Shown here piece after piece: positions 1-8,083 of a stretch of 20,000 nt of DNA (position 1 is its first letter; each line of letters begins with the position of its first letter). The notes under the pieces are model-generated. The model was not told the DNA's origin and did no database searches. It worked only from the letters and a program-made list of their open reading frames with translations. The translations under genes were made by a program, and so were the position numbers. Source of the stretch: an uncultured virus (IMG/VR IMGVR_UViG_3300049255_000202) (lineage: Duplodnaviria; Heunggongvirae; Uroviricota; Caudoviricetes); IMG/VR virus record IMGVR_UViG_3300049255_000202, one strand, 5' to 3'.

Positions 1-1
1 A

Positions 2-271
2 CACTCCCTCGACACGAAGGAATTTCGGCTGAAGGGAGCCGAGGTCCTCAAGATCCATACGGACTCGAACGGGGAGGTAACCAAGTCGGACCTCAAGGCG
101 GCACGGGAGGCACGCGAGACGCCGGGCAGCCGGCGATCGTGGCGGTCCCCATGCCGTTCCAGTTCCCGACCGATGGCGCCGACTACGAGATCGAGCGCGC
201 CGCGGCCAACGCCAAGAGCTACACGAAGAGCTACGCCGAGACGCACTGGCCGCCCGTTCACGAAGGGCTAA
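2..271 (+). CDS. Hypothetical protein, 5'-partial, reconstructed across apparent frameshifts (~125, ~254)
   Basis: HSLDTKEFRLKGAEVLKIHTDSNGEV... continues in another frame as AIVAVPMPFQFPTDGADYEIERAAANAKSY... and probably ends FTKG-TAA (269-271); GC3-rich codons. Confidence 0.45.
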   Translation, partial: HSLDTKEFRLKGAEVLKIHTDSNGEVTKSDLKAAREARETPGSRRSWRSPCRSSSRPMAPTTRSSAPRPTPRATRRATPRRTGRPFTKG

Positions 272-420
272 GAGCAGGGGTGCTCCTCGAACCGCGACTA
301 CGAGGAGTTGAAGGCCGAGAACGCCCGCCTCAAGGAGCGCTCCGGTACGCGAGCGGAGGCAACGGGGTGATGCCGCTCATCCCAGGCTTCCGCATGCACC
401 CGTTCTACGGGGGATGATCG

Positions 421-603
421 ATGCTCACGCGCGACGAGATCTTGTTCCTGCTCAACCTCCTCGCCCAGGAGACGGTGGTCGAGCCCTCCAAGGGGTTCCC
501 GTACCGCGTGACCCGCGAGGGCCACGGCTACTCCAAGGACCCCAAAGTCGGCCCGCTCCAGGCCAAGCTCTCCATCATGCTGGAAGCGGCGGGTCGTCGC
601 TGA
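421..603 (+). CDS. Hypothetical protein (60 aa)
   Basis: Clean GC3-rich ORF MLTRDEILFLLNLL...; TGATG coupling to the next gene. Confidence 0.75.
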   Translation: MLTRDEILFLLNLLAQETVVEPSKGFPYRVTREGHGYSKDPKVGPLQAKLSIMLEAAGRR

Positions 604-755
604 TGGGGCTCGACACCACGCACGACTGCTGGCACGGGGCGTACTCCGCGTTCATGCGGTGGCGCCGCAAGCTCGCGGAGGTTGCGGGCTATCCGCCGCT
701 CGACCACACGCGAGCGTTAGTGGCAATCGCCGTCAAACAGCGGCGATTGCCATAA
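603..755 (+). pseudogene. Phage-type hypothetical protein MGLDTTHDCWHGAYSAFMRWRRKLAEVAGYPPLD, apparently truncated at ~705
   Basis: ATG overlaps the upstream TGA; codon style and GC change abruptly after PPLD (~705). The N-terminus resembles a longer phage hypothetical family (recalled, not searched). Confidence 0.55.
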
Positions 756-1388
756 GAATCCTTCCCGAGGTGGAAAGATTCTTCTCCTAGCTCGACCTCT
801 TGCGCGCTCGGCCGATGAACAGGTCGAACAACGGCCGGTGCTCGCGGCACAGGGCGAGGAAGCCCTCGTCGTAAGCCTCAAAAAGGGCGAGTCAATCACG
901 CTGGAGTACAACAACGGGTGGCAAGTCATCGACCGCAAGCCGGACGCGGATTCGGTGCCCCGACGAACGTCCTGTAGATTCCTCGGCCATGCCCCCGCCC
1001 GATCCCGTTCGGAGGTCAGGAGATCAACGCCATCATCTACGCCGGCAAGGGTCCGCAGCTCCGGTACATCCTCTCGGAGAAGCAGCGGGCTTACGCAGAG
1101 GCCAAGATGCTCGTGCTTCTCCAGGTGGCATACGAAACCTTCTGCCAGGAGAGAGAAATTTCCTGGGGTCGCGTGTGCCGCATCGTCGAGGAGTTGGAGC
1201 TTGCGGCGTAGGTCACTCCTCGTCCGCGAGGAGCCTTTGCCAAGATTCGCGGGGTTGCCTGAGGATCGCCCTCGGATTTCGGGCCCGGGACCGAAGTTTG
1301 TCGGGCCTGGAACTCGTTCAAGATGCTCGCGAAGCGCAAGAATCAAGAGCGGTATCGGTGCGTCGTGGACTTCCTCTTCTGCACCTAA
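751..1388 (+). pseudogene. Lower-GC hypothetical gene, multiply frameshifted, start not visible
   Basis: Protein-like segments in alternating frames: GEEALVVSLKKGESITLEYNNGWQVID / PIPFGGQEINAIIYAGKGPQLRYILSEKQRAYAEAKMLVLLQVAYETFC / DFGPGTEVCRAWNSFKMLAKRKNQERYRCVVDFLFCT-TAA. Confidence 0.45.
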
Positions 1389-1406
1389 GCTCTCGAGCAT
1401 CAACCC

Positions 1407-1625
1407 TCAAGACGAGTATCGGAAACGCGATATTTCTATCGCAATCTCGATAAACCCTCGTCGAAGGGCTGGGTCGCGTCCTCGATGGCTGAGGTTCACG
1501 ACGAACGGCTCGTGCGTCACCGGAGCCGTCACCATGCCCGGCGGGATCTCCCCAGGCGGATGATGTGCGCAACCTGCGCACGCAAGGAACACGAACCCCA
1601 TCGCGGCGAGCCCGAGGTGCTGCAT
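1407..1625 (-). CDS. Putative small lipoprotein, C-terminus possibly truncated at ~1485
   Basis: MQHLGLAAMGFVFLACAGC: hydrophobic stretch plus lipobox-like CAGC. Confidence 0.5.
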   Translation of the reverse strand: MQHLGLAAMGFVFLACAGCAHHPPGEIPPGMVTAPVTHEPFVVNLSHRGRDPALRRGFIEIAIEISRFRYSS

Positions 1626-1701
1626 CGGACGCCCTCCACCCCAAGGCGTTTCAGGCAAGAACTAACGAGCCCGTCAAGGGCTCGTCCTCCTCGACTGCAC
1701 C

Positions 1702-1893
1702 GTGCGCCTGCCGGTCGCCGAGCTGAAGAAACTCACGGTTGACGAAGTTGCCGAGACCCTCCGGCTGACGCTCGCGCTCTGTCCTTCGCACGGGGAGCGG
1801 TTCGTCGAAGCCGTGCTCATGGATCTCCAGTCGTGGCCGCAGTTCGGCGAGATGCTCGACAAGAACGCCTGGCTCGCGAAGCTCTACGGCTGA
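1702..1893 (+). CDS. Hypothetical protein (63 aa)
   Basis: GC3-rich ORF MRLPVAELKKLTVDEVAETL... Confidence 0.7.
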   Translation: MRLPVAELKKLTVDEVAETLRLTLALCPSHGERFVEAVLMDLQSWPQFGEMLDKNAWLAKLYG

Positions 1894-1895
1894 CG

Positions 1896-2129
1896 GTGGA
1901 GGCGCTCTACTTCTGCGGCCGGTGCTCGGCCGTCACGCACGACGCCGAGTACGTGGGCCACGCCCGGTGCTCGGCAGGCAGCCGTTTTTCGCTCGCGCTC
2001 CGGAGGGCAGAACCCTATGTTCCGCGTGCCGGGGCCGCCGGTGCGCCCGATGCCAGGGATGGGGTCTCGAGCCAGCCGCCAGAGGAATCGCCGAGGACCA
2101 TTGTGCCGCGGGCTATAAACGGTGTATGA
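1896..2129 (+). CDS. Small CxxC protein
   Basis: GTG 2 nt after the upstream TGA; YFCGRC...HARC; C-terminal half uncertain. Confidence 0.4.
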   Translation: MEALYFCGRCSAVTHDAEYVGHARCSAGSRFSLALRRAEPYVPRAGAAGAPDARDGVSSQPPEESPRTIVPRAINGV

Positions 2130-2136
2130 ATGGGGT

Positions 2137-2454
2137 ATGGCACGGAAGACAAGATCAAATCGCCGGAAGTATCTCATCCTCGGTCGCGACGTGAGGCGCA
2201 TCACGGGCCTCAAGTGGACCACCATCCAGTGGTGGATCTGGCGCTCGGGTTTCAAGTGGGACAAGACGGGCAAGGTGAAGAAGGGCATCGTCCGCAAGGG
2301 CCGCCTGATGCCGAAGAAGGGCAAGCGCTACTCCCAGGAAGCGATCTGGGACGTCAACGACTTCCTCCGGTACCACCCGACCGTGTTCCGCAAGCTCGCG
2401 ACCCAGAACGCCTGGACGCGGCTTCACTACGACCTCAACGACTTCGAGGACTGA
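2137..2454 (+). CDS. Basic hypothetical protein, possible HTH DNA-binding protein
   Basis: MARKTRSNRRKYLILGRDVRRITGLKWTTIQWW (HTH-like spacing); GGTGTA 10 nt upstream. Confidence 0.7.
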   Translation: MARKTRSNRRKYLILGRDVRRITGLKWTTIQWWIWRSGFKWDKTGKVKKGIVRKGRLMPKKGKRYSQEAIWDVNDFLRYHPTVFRKLATQNAWTRLHYDLNDFED

Positions 2455-2543
2455 CGGCTTCGGGCTCCCGGTGTACTCTCACCGTGTGAGCCCGAAGCGT
2501 TACGAGCGCCTCGTCGACCGCCGAGCCACATCATGCGCGGGGG

Positions 2544-2672
2544 CAAAAGCTCGATCTCGTACAGGACTTCGTGGATGTCGTGAACAGCATGTGTGCGAGG
2601 ATCTACGGGCAGCGTGCCGCGAAGAACCGGGCCAAGCGGGCGCTTGCCGCAGCCGCCGAGGATGAGCCGTGA
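2544..2672 (+). pseudogene. tnpA: IS607-family serine transposase, C-terminal fragment
   Basis: DLVQDFVDVVNSMCARIYGQRAAKNRAKRALAAA matches the characteristic IS607 TnpA C-terminus (DL..D......S.CAR.YG.R); not in the ORF track because it has no start. Confidence 0.85.
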
Positions 2673-2745
2673 GGCTCGCCCGCAAGGTCGAGATCCAGCC
2701 GACGCCGACGCAGCGGCAGGCACTCTTACAGAGCGGTACACCGAG
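2669..2745 (+). pseudogene. tnpB: TnpB N-terminal fragment (~25 codons)
   Basis: GTGA overlap with the tnpA stop; MRLARKVEIQPTPTQRQALLQ resembles the TnpB N-terminus; no RuvC or Zn-finger region follows. Confidence 0.75.
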
Positions 2746-2774
2746 GAAGCATTTGTCGCCCCGCACAGGGTGCC

Positions 2775-2941
2775 ATGCAGTTCCGCGCCGTTCAGGGGCT
2801 CACGATCGCCACCATCCTCGGCTGGTGGGCCGTCCGAGCCCTCACCCACCCCGGCTTCCACCCGATGATGCTCGTCATGGCGGCGCTCGCGCTCGGGATC
2901 TCCGAGCTGAGCTACCGCGCCGGCAAGGCCAAGGGGACTAG
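2775..2941 (+). CDS. Small two-TM membrane protein
   Basis: Two hydrophobic segments; probably ends at TAG 2939-2941 if one G is missing in the G-run at 2933-2936 (otherwise ends at 2966). Confidence 0.6.
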
Positions 2942-3333
2942 CTCTTGGGCGCGTCGAGAACCTTGATCTCGACCTTGCGCGGCTTGGCAGCCTCCCGCTT
3001 CGGGATGCGCACGGTGAGGATGCCGTCCGCGAGTTCGGCGGTGAGCTTCTCCTCGTCGAGCGTCGTGTCGAGCGTGAACGCCTCCGCGAACGAGCGAGCG
3101 GAACGGACGCCGTTTCCCTTGCGCGTCCCCTTGAGGGTGAGCACGTGGTTCTCGAGCGTGATGTCGATGTCCTCTCGCTTCATGCCGGGGACTTCCGCGA
3201 CGAACACGACGTCTTCCACGGTCTGGTGAACCTCGACGTTGCGGAACGGCCTCGAGAGGCCGAACGAACTTCCCAGCATGTCGTCGAAGAGGCGATCCAT
3301 GACGGTGAACGTGTCTTGACGGCGGCTCAGCAT
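2938..3333 (-). CDS. hsp20: Small heat-shock protein, Hsp20/alpha-crystallin family
   Basis: AEVPGMKREDIDITLENHVLTLKG, RSF...FTL, AELADGILTVRIPK and a C-terminal V-E-I motif. Confidence 0.95.
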   Translation of the reverse strand: MLSRRQDTFTVMDRLFDDMLGSSFGLSRPFRNVEVHQTVEDVVFVAEVPGMKREDIDITLENHVLTLKGTRKGNGVRSARSFAEAFTLDTTLDEEKLTAELADGILTVRIPKREAAKPRKVEIKVLDAPKS

Positions 3334-3374
3334 GCGCCGAACCTAAATCTCCGATCGTGACCGTCAAGAGCGCG

Positions 3375-3755
3375 CTAGTTGAGGAGCGCGTCCTCGCCAC
3401 CGCCACTCTGGATGAGCTTCACGGGTCCGTGGCCGATCATGTTGGCGAACGGCACGGCGTCGACGACGGGGTGAAAGACGATGTGGAGGCAAACCTCCTG
3501 CTCTTGGAACTTCCCCACGATGTCGAGACCGTCTACGTCGACCATGGAGTCGTCCGCGACCTCCTCGAAGATGTCGAGGAGGTCGGAGTAGCGGATCGTC
3601 AGCCCGTCAAGCCACACCTCCCCATCGAGAACCGTGGACTTGGGGTACACGAGGATGTGCCACGCCTCGTCGTCCACGAGGGCGAACTCGACGACCCCTT
3701 TCGTCGGTTCCAGACACGCGGCGACCTTGGTCAGGAAGGGGATGTAGTCCATCAT
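3375..3755 (-). CDS. Acidic hypothetical protein (126 aa)
   Basis: Clean GC3-rich ORF with AGGAG upstream. Confidence 0.8.
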   Translation of the reverse strand: MMDYIPFLTKVAACLEPTKGVVEFALVDDEAWHILVYPKSTVLDGEVWLDGLTIRYSDLLDIFEEVADDSMVDVDGLDIVGKFQEQEVCLHIVFHPVVDAVPFANMIGHGPVKLIQSGGGEDALLN

Positions 3756-3862
3756 CGGGCTTCTCCTAGTCGTTGGCCTTTTCGCCGGAGATGTTCACGG
3801 GGTGCATGTGCGAGCGGAGAACGTCCAACTTTCGATCATGCCACCACCCGAGGACGAACGCG

Positions 3863-4182
3863 ATGGGTACCGTGAAGGCGACGGCCACCCATCCGGCCGC
3901 CCCCAAGCTCGAAGCGAAGCTCCGCGAGGCCGAGGAGATTTTCCGGCGCGACACGTACAACCGGGACAAGCCGAAGCGCTCGGAACTCGCGTGGGCGAAA
4001 AGATCCCCGGCGTACAAGCTCGGCGACCGAGTGCTCGCGTACAAGGACGACGAGCCGGGCACGATCCTATGCGCGGACACGCGCACCCCGGCCACTGGTT
4101 CGTCCTCATGGACAAGCCGACCGGAATGACCCGGCGCGATTTCGAGTCGATCGCGTGGGACAACCTCGTGAGGGAGACATGA
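3863..4182 (+). CDS. Hypothetical protein with a possible SH3/KOW-like C-terminal region; frameshift at the C-run 4086-4089
   Basis: MGTVKAT...YKLGDRVLAYKDDEPGTILCADTRTP joins GHWFVLMDKPTG...AWDNLVRET; ATGA coupling to the next gene. Confidence 0.65.
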
Positions 4183-4376
4183 CGAACGAAGACCGCGCGA
4201 CCAAGTACGCCGCCGACATCAAGACGGCGCTCAGGAAGTTCGGCGAGTACAACTTCTTCGACAAAGGACCACGCGAGGTCATGAGCCGGCTGGACGCCGA
4301 CCTGAAGGTCCTCGTCGTCACGTCGAGTCACGACTGGACGAAGATGCGCGCGGAGAACCTCGGAGGTGCCCTATGA
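4179..4376 (+). CDS. Hypothetical protein
   Basis: MTNEDRATKYAADIK...; GGGAG upstream; ATGA overlaps at both ends. Confidence 0.75.
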   Translation: MTNEDRATKYAADIKTALRKFGEYNFFDKGPREVMSRLDADLKVLVVTSSHDWTKMRAENLGGAL

Positions 4377-4768
4377 AGCTCGGCCTCATTTTCTCGGGGC
4401 TCGTCCTCATCGGGTGCGCCCACTCGACCCCGCCGCCGGAGGCCAAGGAGCCGGAGCGTCCGCACGCCCTCCATGTCCCGGCCGAGCAGAAGGCCCAGAT
4501 GTGTACGAGCCTCATCGAGGCTGGGATCAACCTCTTCGCGGACGCTTGGGCCAACCAGGAGGCGATCCCGAAGGACAAGTTCGTCCGCGACATCATCCGC
4601 GAGCAGTATCGAGAGCAGCTCTTCAAGCAAGGCGGCCCTCAGCGGCAGTACGCATGGTGCCTCGCGAAGGTCACGGCCCTCGAAGATTTCGAGTGCGCCC
4701 TGGCCGCGAAGTCCCCCGAGGACTACATGCGATGCCTCCCCGCGAGGCACAAGAGCGACACGGAGTGA
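4373..4768 (+). CDS. Putative lipoprotein (131 aa)
   Basis: GGAGG SD; MKLGLIFSGLVLIGC signal peptide with lipobox; four further Cys. Confidence 0.85.
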   Translation: MKLGLIFSGLVLIGCAHSTPPPEAKEPERPHALHVPAEQKAQMCTSLIEAGINLFADAWANQEAIPKDKFVRDIIREQYREQLFKQGGPQRQYAWCLAKVTALEDFECALAAKSPEDYMRCLPARHKSDTE

Positions 4769-4780
4769 TCGGGGAGGCCC

Positions 4781-5005
4781 ATGTCGCGTCGAGCGCACTT
4801 CCGGCTCCGCGTCATCGGCCTCGTCGTCATCCTCGCGGCCGAGTTCGGCCCTCGAGCGTGGAGCGCCCTCACCACGGCGTGCGGACCGTCACCTGGATGG
4901 TCAGGCCAACCTCGCCTGGGTCAGCCGCAGGGCGCACCCCTACGTGAAGGTCGGGCGTCTCCACAAGGCGCCACGCCTGCGGGTCCGGTGGCTCGGGCGG
5001 AGTGA
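4781..5005 (+). CDS. Hypothetical membrane or secreted protein
   Basis: GGGGAGG SD and N-terminal hydrophobic segment; C-terminus uncertain. Confidence 0.45.
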   Translation: MSRRAHFRLRVIGLVVILAAEFGPRAWSALTTACGPSPGWSGQPRLGQPQGAPLREGRASPQGATPAGPVARAE

Positions 5006-5279
5006 TCCTCCACATGAGAGCCCAAACTGCTGCTCGCACGATGGGGAGGATGGTCACGCCTACTTCCCCGCGGGAAAAGTAGGCGGTTGAAGATCACGTC
5101 GGCGGCGCGTGCCCAGCGCACAAGACGACTACGATGTAGCGAGTGCGATGCCACACAGCCCCACGCTTCGCACACTGGCGCCCGTCACCCAGTTGAAGTT
5201 CGCAACGAAACCGTGACGGGTGGTCGTTTTGAGGGTGTTTTGAGAGTCTTCTTGGTTCTCCTCATGGGGGCGCTTAGAC

Positions 5280-5607
5280 ATGGGGCGGTTGCTCTCTGCG
5301 ATGCAGTTGGTCGTTTTGGGAGTCGTTCTCTCGGCCGGATGTGGCGGCCGGGTTCTCCAGGCCGAGTGCCAGGACCCCGGCTATCACTACTGCGGCTCCG
5401 TGCAGGACGTGTGTTGCCCTGGCGGGTGGTCTTGCGGGACCGGCGACAACGGGTGCCCGGCGAAGTCATGCTGCCCCGGTGATGGCCCGCCGGAAGCGGG
5501 CACCGACGCCGAGGACAACCCGGCCGGGGTACGACCCTTCGTACAACCCGAACCCTGGCGGGTACGGCGGGGGCACGACGCCGAAGCAGCCGCCGGTACG
5601 CGAATAG
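5280..5607 (+). CDS. Cys-rich lipoprotein; frameshift at the G-run 5526-5529
   Basis: VVLGVVLSAGC lipobox; ECQDPGYHYCGSVQDVCCPGGWSCGTGDNGCPAKSCCP; tail GYDPSYNPNPGGYGGGTTPKQPPVRE-TAG in the shifted frame. Confidence 0.7.
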
Positions 5608-5922
5608 CTACGCACCCGGCCGGTCCGGATGCGCGCTTAACCCTAGCCCGCCGAGCAGCGCGGCTAGCCGTGCCTCAATGGAGGCTCGGTCTCCCGAAAG
5701 CTGCCCGGCGGGCTTTCTTATCGTCTCGTGAATGACCCTGCCCTGGGCGTCGAGCACCGGCTTGGCCTTCGCGTTGGGGCTGTAGAGCGTCTTGCACGCT
5801 GGGCATCGGCCGGTCGCCATGTCCGAGCTTTTGGCGCCGCAGTTCGTGCAGGTGAACTCCCGCTTCGTGACGACGTGCGTCCACTCGGGGGAGAGAAGCC
5901 GGGCGAGCGTGAGAGCAGCCAT
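5608..5922 (-). CDS. Zinc-ribbon protein (CxxC...CxxC)
   Basis: MAALTLARLLSPEW...CTNCG...CPACK. Confidence 0.7.
   Translation of the reverse strand: MAALTLARLLSPEWTHVVTKREFTCTNCGAKSSDMATGRCPACKTLYSPNAKAKPVLDAQGRVIHETIRKPAGQLSGDRASIEARLAALLGGLGLSAHPDRPGA
5645..5714 (-). ncRNA. Putative four-way-junction structured RNA
   Basis: 15-bp closing stem (one G-U on the minus strand) enclosing three hairpins, one capped by a GAGA tetraloop. Confidence 0.5.
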
Positions 5923-5949
5923 GGCCGTTGCCCGGCGCTCGGGATCGGG

Positions 5950-6158
5950 GAGGCTAGGCTCCGGGCCGGAGGCGGGACCCCGGCAGTGGGCCCCGCGATG
6001 AACGGGCCACGTGGGGTGCCGAGGAGGGCACACGGGGTGCCGTGGCAGATCAAGCAGGTCTCGCTCAGAGAAGCGAGGCCCGATGTGTCGGCCACGAGCC
6101 GGTCGAGCCGTTCCGCAAGCTCCGCGTAGTCGATGGGCTCCGGCATGGCGTTCCCCAT
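5950..6158 (-). CDS. Hypothetical protein with CxxC; 3' end uncertain
   Basis: MGNAMPEPIDYAELAERLDRLVAD...CLICHG; GGTGTA exactly 10 nt upstream. Confidence 0.55.
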
Positions 6159-6175
6159 AACAGGAGAGTACACCG

Positions 6176-7783
6176 CTACTCGTCGGTCATGGCGGCGCGG
6201 AAGATGGCGCGCTCCTCGGCCCGAGTCATCGCCGGCCCGATCCGCTCCTCGATGAGGGCCTTGTACCCCTCGTTCAGCTCGATGCCGAGAAAGTCGCGGT
6301 CGAGATCCTTGGCGACCTCCAAGGTCGTGCCGCTTCCCGCAAAGGGGTCGAGCACGAGGTCCCCGACCTTTGAGCCGGCTTTCACGCACACCTCGGCCAG
6401 CTCGGGCGGCATCGTGGCGAAGTGCGCGCCCTTGTACGGCTTGGGGTTGATGTTCCAGACCGAGCGCTTGTTCCGACCGAGCGGGTTGATGAAGTCCCCC
6501 ATGCGCTCCGAGTTCCCGAGGCCGTGCAGAGCCCGAGCTTGGAGCGAGCCCTCGATGGCGTTCGGGTCCGCCTTCAGCTTCAGCCCGTACTCGTACCGGG
6601 CGAGGCTCTCCGGCTTGTGCGGCTCGCGGATCGAGTCGGCGTCGTAGAAGTAGCTCGAGGACTTCGCCAAGTGGAACACGTACTCATGACTTCGCGTCGT
6701 CCTGTCGTTGACCGGCTCGGGCATGCACGAGCCTTTCGCCCAGATGTTGTCGCCGCGCAGGTACCACCCAGGCTCGAATACGTCGGGCGGTTCCTCTACC
6801 CAGTCGGGGAGAGTCACATCGCTGCCAGCATTCAGGGCTCGGACCATTTCCGCGATCTCACGACGGCGAGCCACAACATCCTCGGGCGTCCGAGCGTGTC
6901 CGTTTCGGTGCCGGAGTGTCGTGTACAGCGTCCAAATGAGGGCCGCTTGGCGCCGCTTCGTCCGCAGATACGGGTACAACTCTCGGAGAAGTAGCGCGGA
7001 ATCGTGAGTGCCCATCTGCCATCGGTAACACACACGCGATCCGAGGCGGTTGTCTCGAGTGCCGTCATCGTGGACGTACACATGACCGGCGGTCTTGCCC
7101 GCGAAATAGTCCAGAGGGCCTCGGTCGCAGTTCGTGAGGAAAACGCGAACGTCATGGGTAGATGTGTGGTTCTCGCCGCGATCCAGCTCGACAAACGAGA
7201 TCGTGCCTTCCCCGTCGAGGAACCCCGCCAGCCAAGCCCTCTCTGCCTCCGGGCGGATTCGGCCCGTGTAATACGGCTGCTGTAGGGCTCTCGCTACGAG
7301 CCACGGAATCCCGATGAGGTCCTTCTCTTTGAGGCCGTCGTCGGTGATGGGCATGCGCACACCGCCCTTGGCGGCGCGGTCGGCCCAGTTGTCGTCCGTG
7401 TCTCGGCGTACCGAGCCATCTGCGTTGGGGCCGAGCGTGAAGTTGTTGAGGGCCGGCTGGTGGCTCGACGTGCGGACCTTCGTTCGGTTGTTGTAGCTGT
7501 CCCCGAGGTTGAGCCAGAGGGTCCCGTCGTCTCGCATGACACGGCGGACCTCTCGGAACACCTCGACGAGGTTGGCGACGTACTCCCGCGGGGAGCCCTC
7601 GAGCCCGATCTCGTCTCCCTTGTTCGCGTGTCCCTCGGGCAGGTACGCCCGAAGGCCGAAATACGGAGGACTCGTCACGCACGTCTGGACGATCTTGTCG
7701 GGCACCTCGCGAAGTCGCTCGAGGCAATCACCGAAGAGAACCGTGTTGCGCCATGCGTGATGCACGTAGAGCACGTCGGCCAT
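6176..7783 (-). CDS. Beta-class N4-cytosine/N6-adenine DNA methyltransferase with an in-frame LAGLIDADG insertion
   Basis: GDCL, motif IV CVTSPPY, LWLNLGDSY, KDLIGIPW, GWYLRGDNIWAK, HEYVFHL, RNKRSVW, HFATMP, motif I VLDPFAGSGTT, GIELN. The true start may be GTG 7774. Confidence 0.95.
   Translation of the reverse strand: MADVLYVHHAWRNTVLFGDCLERLREVPDKIVQTCVTSPPYFGLRAYLPEGHANKGDEIGLEGSPREYVANLVEVFREVRRVMRDDGTLWLNLGDSYNNRTKVRTSSHQPALNNFTLGPNADGSVRRDTDDNWADRAAKGGVRMPITDDGLKEKDLIGIPWLVARALQQPYYTGRIRPEAERAWLAGFLDGEGTISFVELDRGENHTSTHDVRVFLTNCDRGPLDYFAGKTAGHVYVHDDGTRDNRLGSRVCYRWQMGTHDSALLLRELYPYLRTKRRQAALIWTLYTTLRHRNGHARTPEDVVARRREIAEMVRALNAGSDVTLPDWVEEPPDVFEPGWYLRGDNIWAKGSCMPEPVNDRTTRSHEYVFHLAKSSSYFYDADSIREPHKPESLARYEYGLKLKADPNAIEGSLQARALHGLGNSERMGDFINPLGRNKRSVWNINPKPYKGAHFATMPPELAEVCVKAGSKVGDLVLDPFAGSGTTLEVAKDLDRDFLGIELNEGYKALIEERIGPAMTRAEERAIFRAAMTDE
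6770..7279 (-). mobile_element. Single-motif LAGLIDADG homing-endonuclease-like domain inserted in frame in the MTase
   Basis: AWLAGFLDGEGTI, VFLTNCD, YRWQ, LLRELYPYLRTKRRQA; splits the conserved ALQ-xx-GWYLR segment. Confidence 0.85.
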
Positions 7784-7784
7784 C

Positions 7785-7800
7785 TACACCACCCGGTGTA
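7785..7800. promoter_or_regulatory. Back-to-back GGTGTA motifs (TACACC-ACCC-GGTGTA), putative divergent promoter
   Basis: Each copy lies exactly 10 nt from an in-frame start (GTG 7774 on the minus strand, ATG 7811 on the plus strand). Confidence 0.65.
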
Positions 7801-7810
7801 TCACAGGCCC

Positions 7811-8083
7811 ATGAGTGACGAGAGCCCCGAGGAGAGACGGATCACGAGACTCGCGCGTCTATGGCACAACAAGATGTTCTACTCGTCGAAGCCCCGCACA
7901 GCGCTGGAGCAGATCGCGAAAGGGACGTCCGACGCCGCCGAGGTCGCACGCAAAGCCCTCGAAGCCCCGCGTCCCCCGAGCCCGTACAAGGGTTGGGGCG
8001 AGAACGGGATGTTCTTCACGGGGCACATGTACCCCGAGTATTACGAACTGCCGATGCGGGACTACCTCGACCCCGACGCCTGA
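7811..8083 (+). CDS. Hypothetical protein
   Basis: MSDESPEERRITRLARLWH...; GC3-rich; motif upstream. Confidence 0.75.
   Translation: MSDESPEERRITRLARLWHNKMFYSSKPRTALEQIAKGTSDAAEVARKALEAPRPPSPYKGWGENGMFFTGHMYPEYYELPMRDYLDPDA

Larger units (their letters stand above)
2544..2745 (+). mobile_element. Internal remnant of an IS607-family element
   Basis: tnpA 3' end coupled to tnpB 5' end; no element ends recognised. Confidence 0.8.

Noticed and set aside
975..1263. Stop-codon recoding (in-frame TAG and TGA in a protein-like frame)
   Set aside because: Better explained by compensating indels; TAG and TGA terminate genes normally elsewhere in the window
697..1450. Integron cassette (GTTAG near 716; GCGATA-TTTC-TATCGC at 1428-1443)
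   Set aside because: No matching RYYYAAC inverse core or attC-like fold after the stop, and no integrase
5226..5244. CRISPR repeat (GTTTTGAG)
   Set aside because: Only two 8-mers 3 nt apart; no spacers or cas genes
5645..5714. tRNA, hammerhead ribozyme or c-di-GMP-I riboswitch
   Set aside because: No T-loop or anticodon geometry, no CUGANGA, no GCAAA elements
6770..7279. Canonical intein in the MTase
   Set aside because: No splice-junction residues or Hint blocks; the insert is essentially only the endonuclease-like domain
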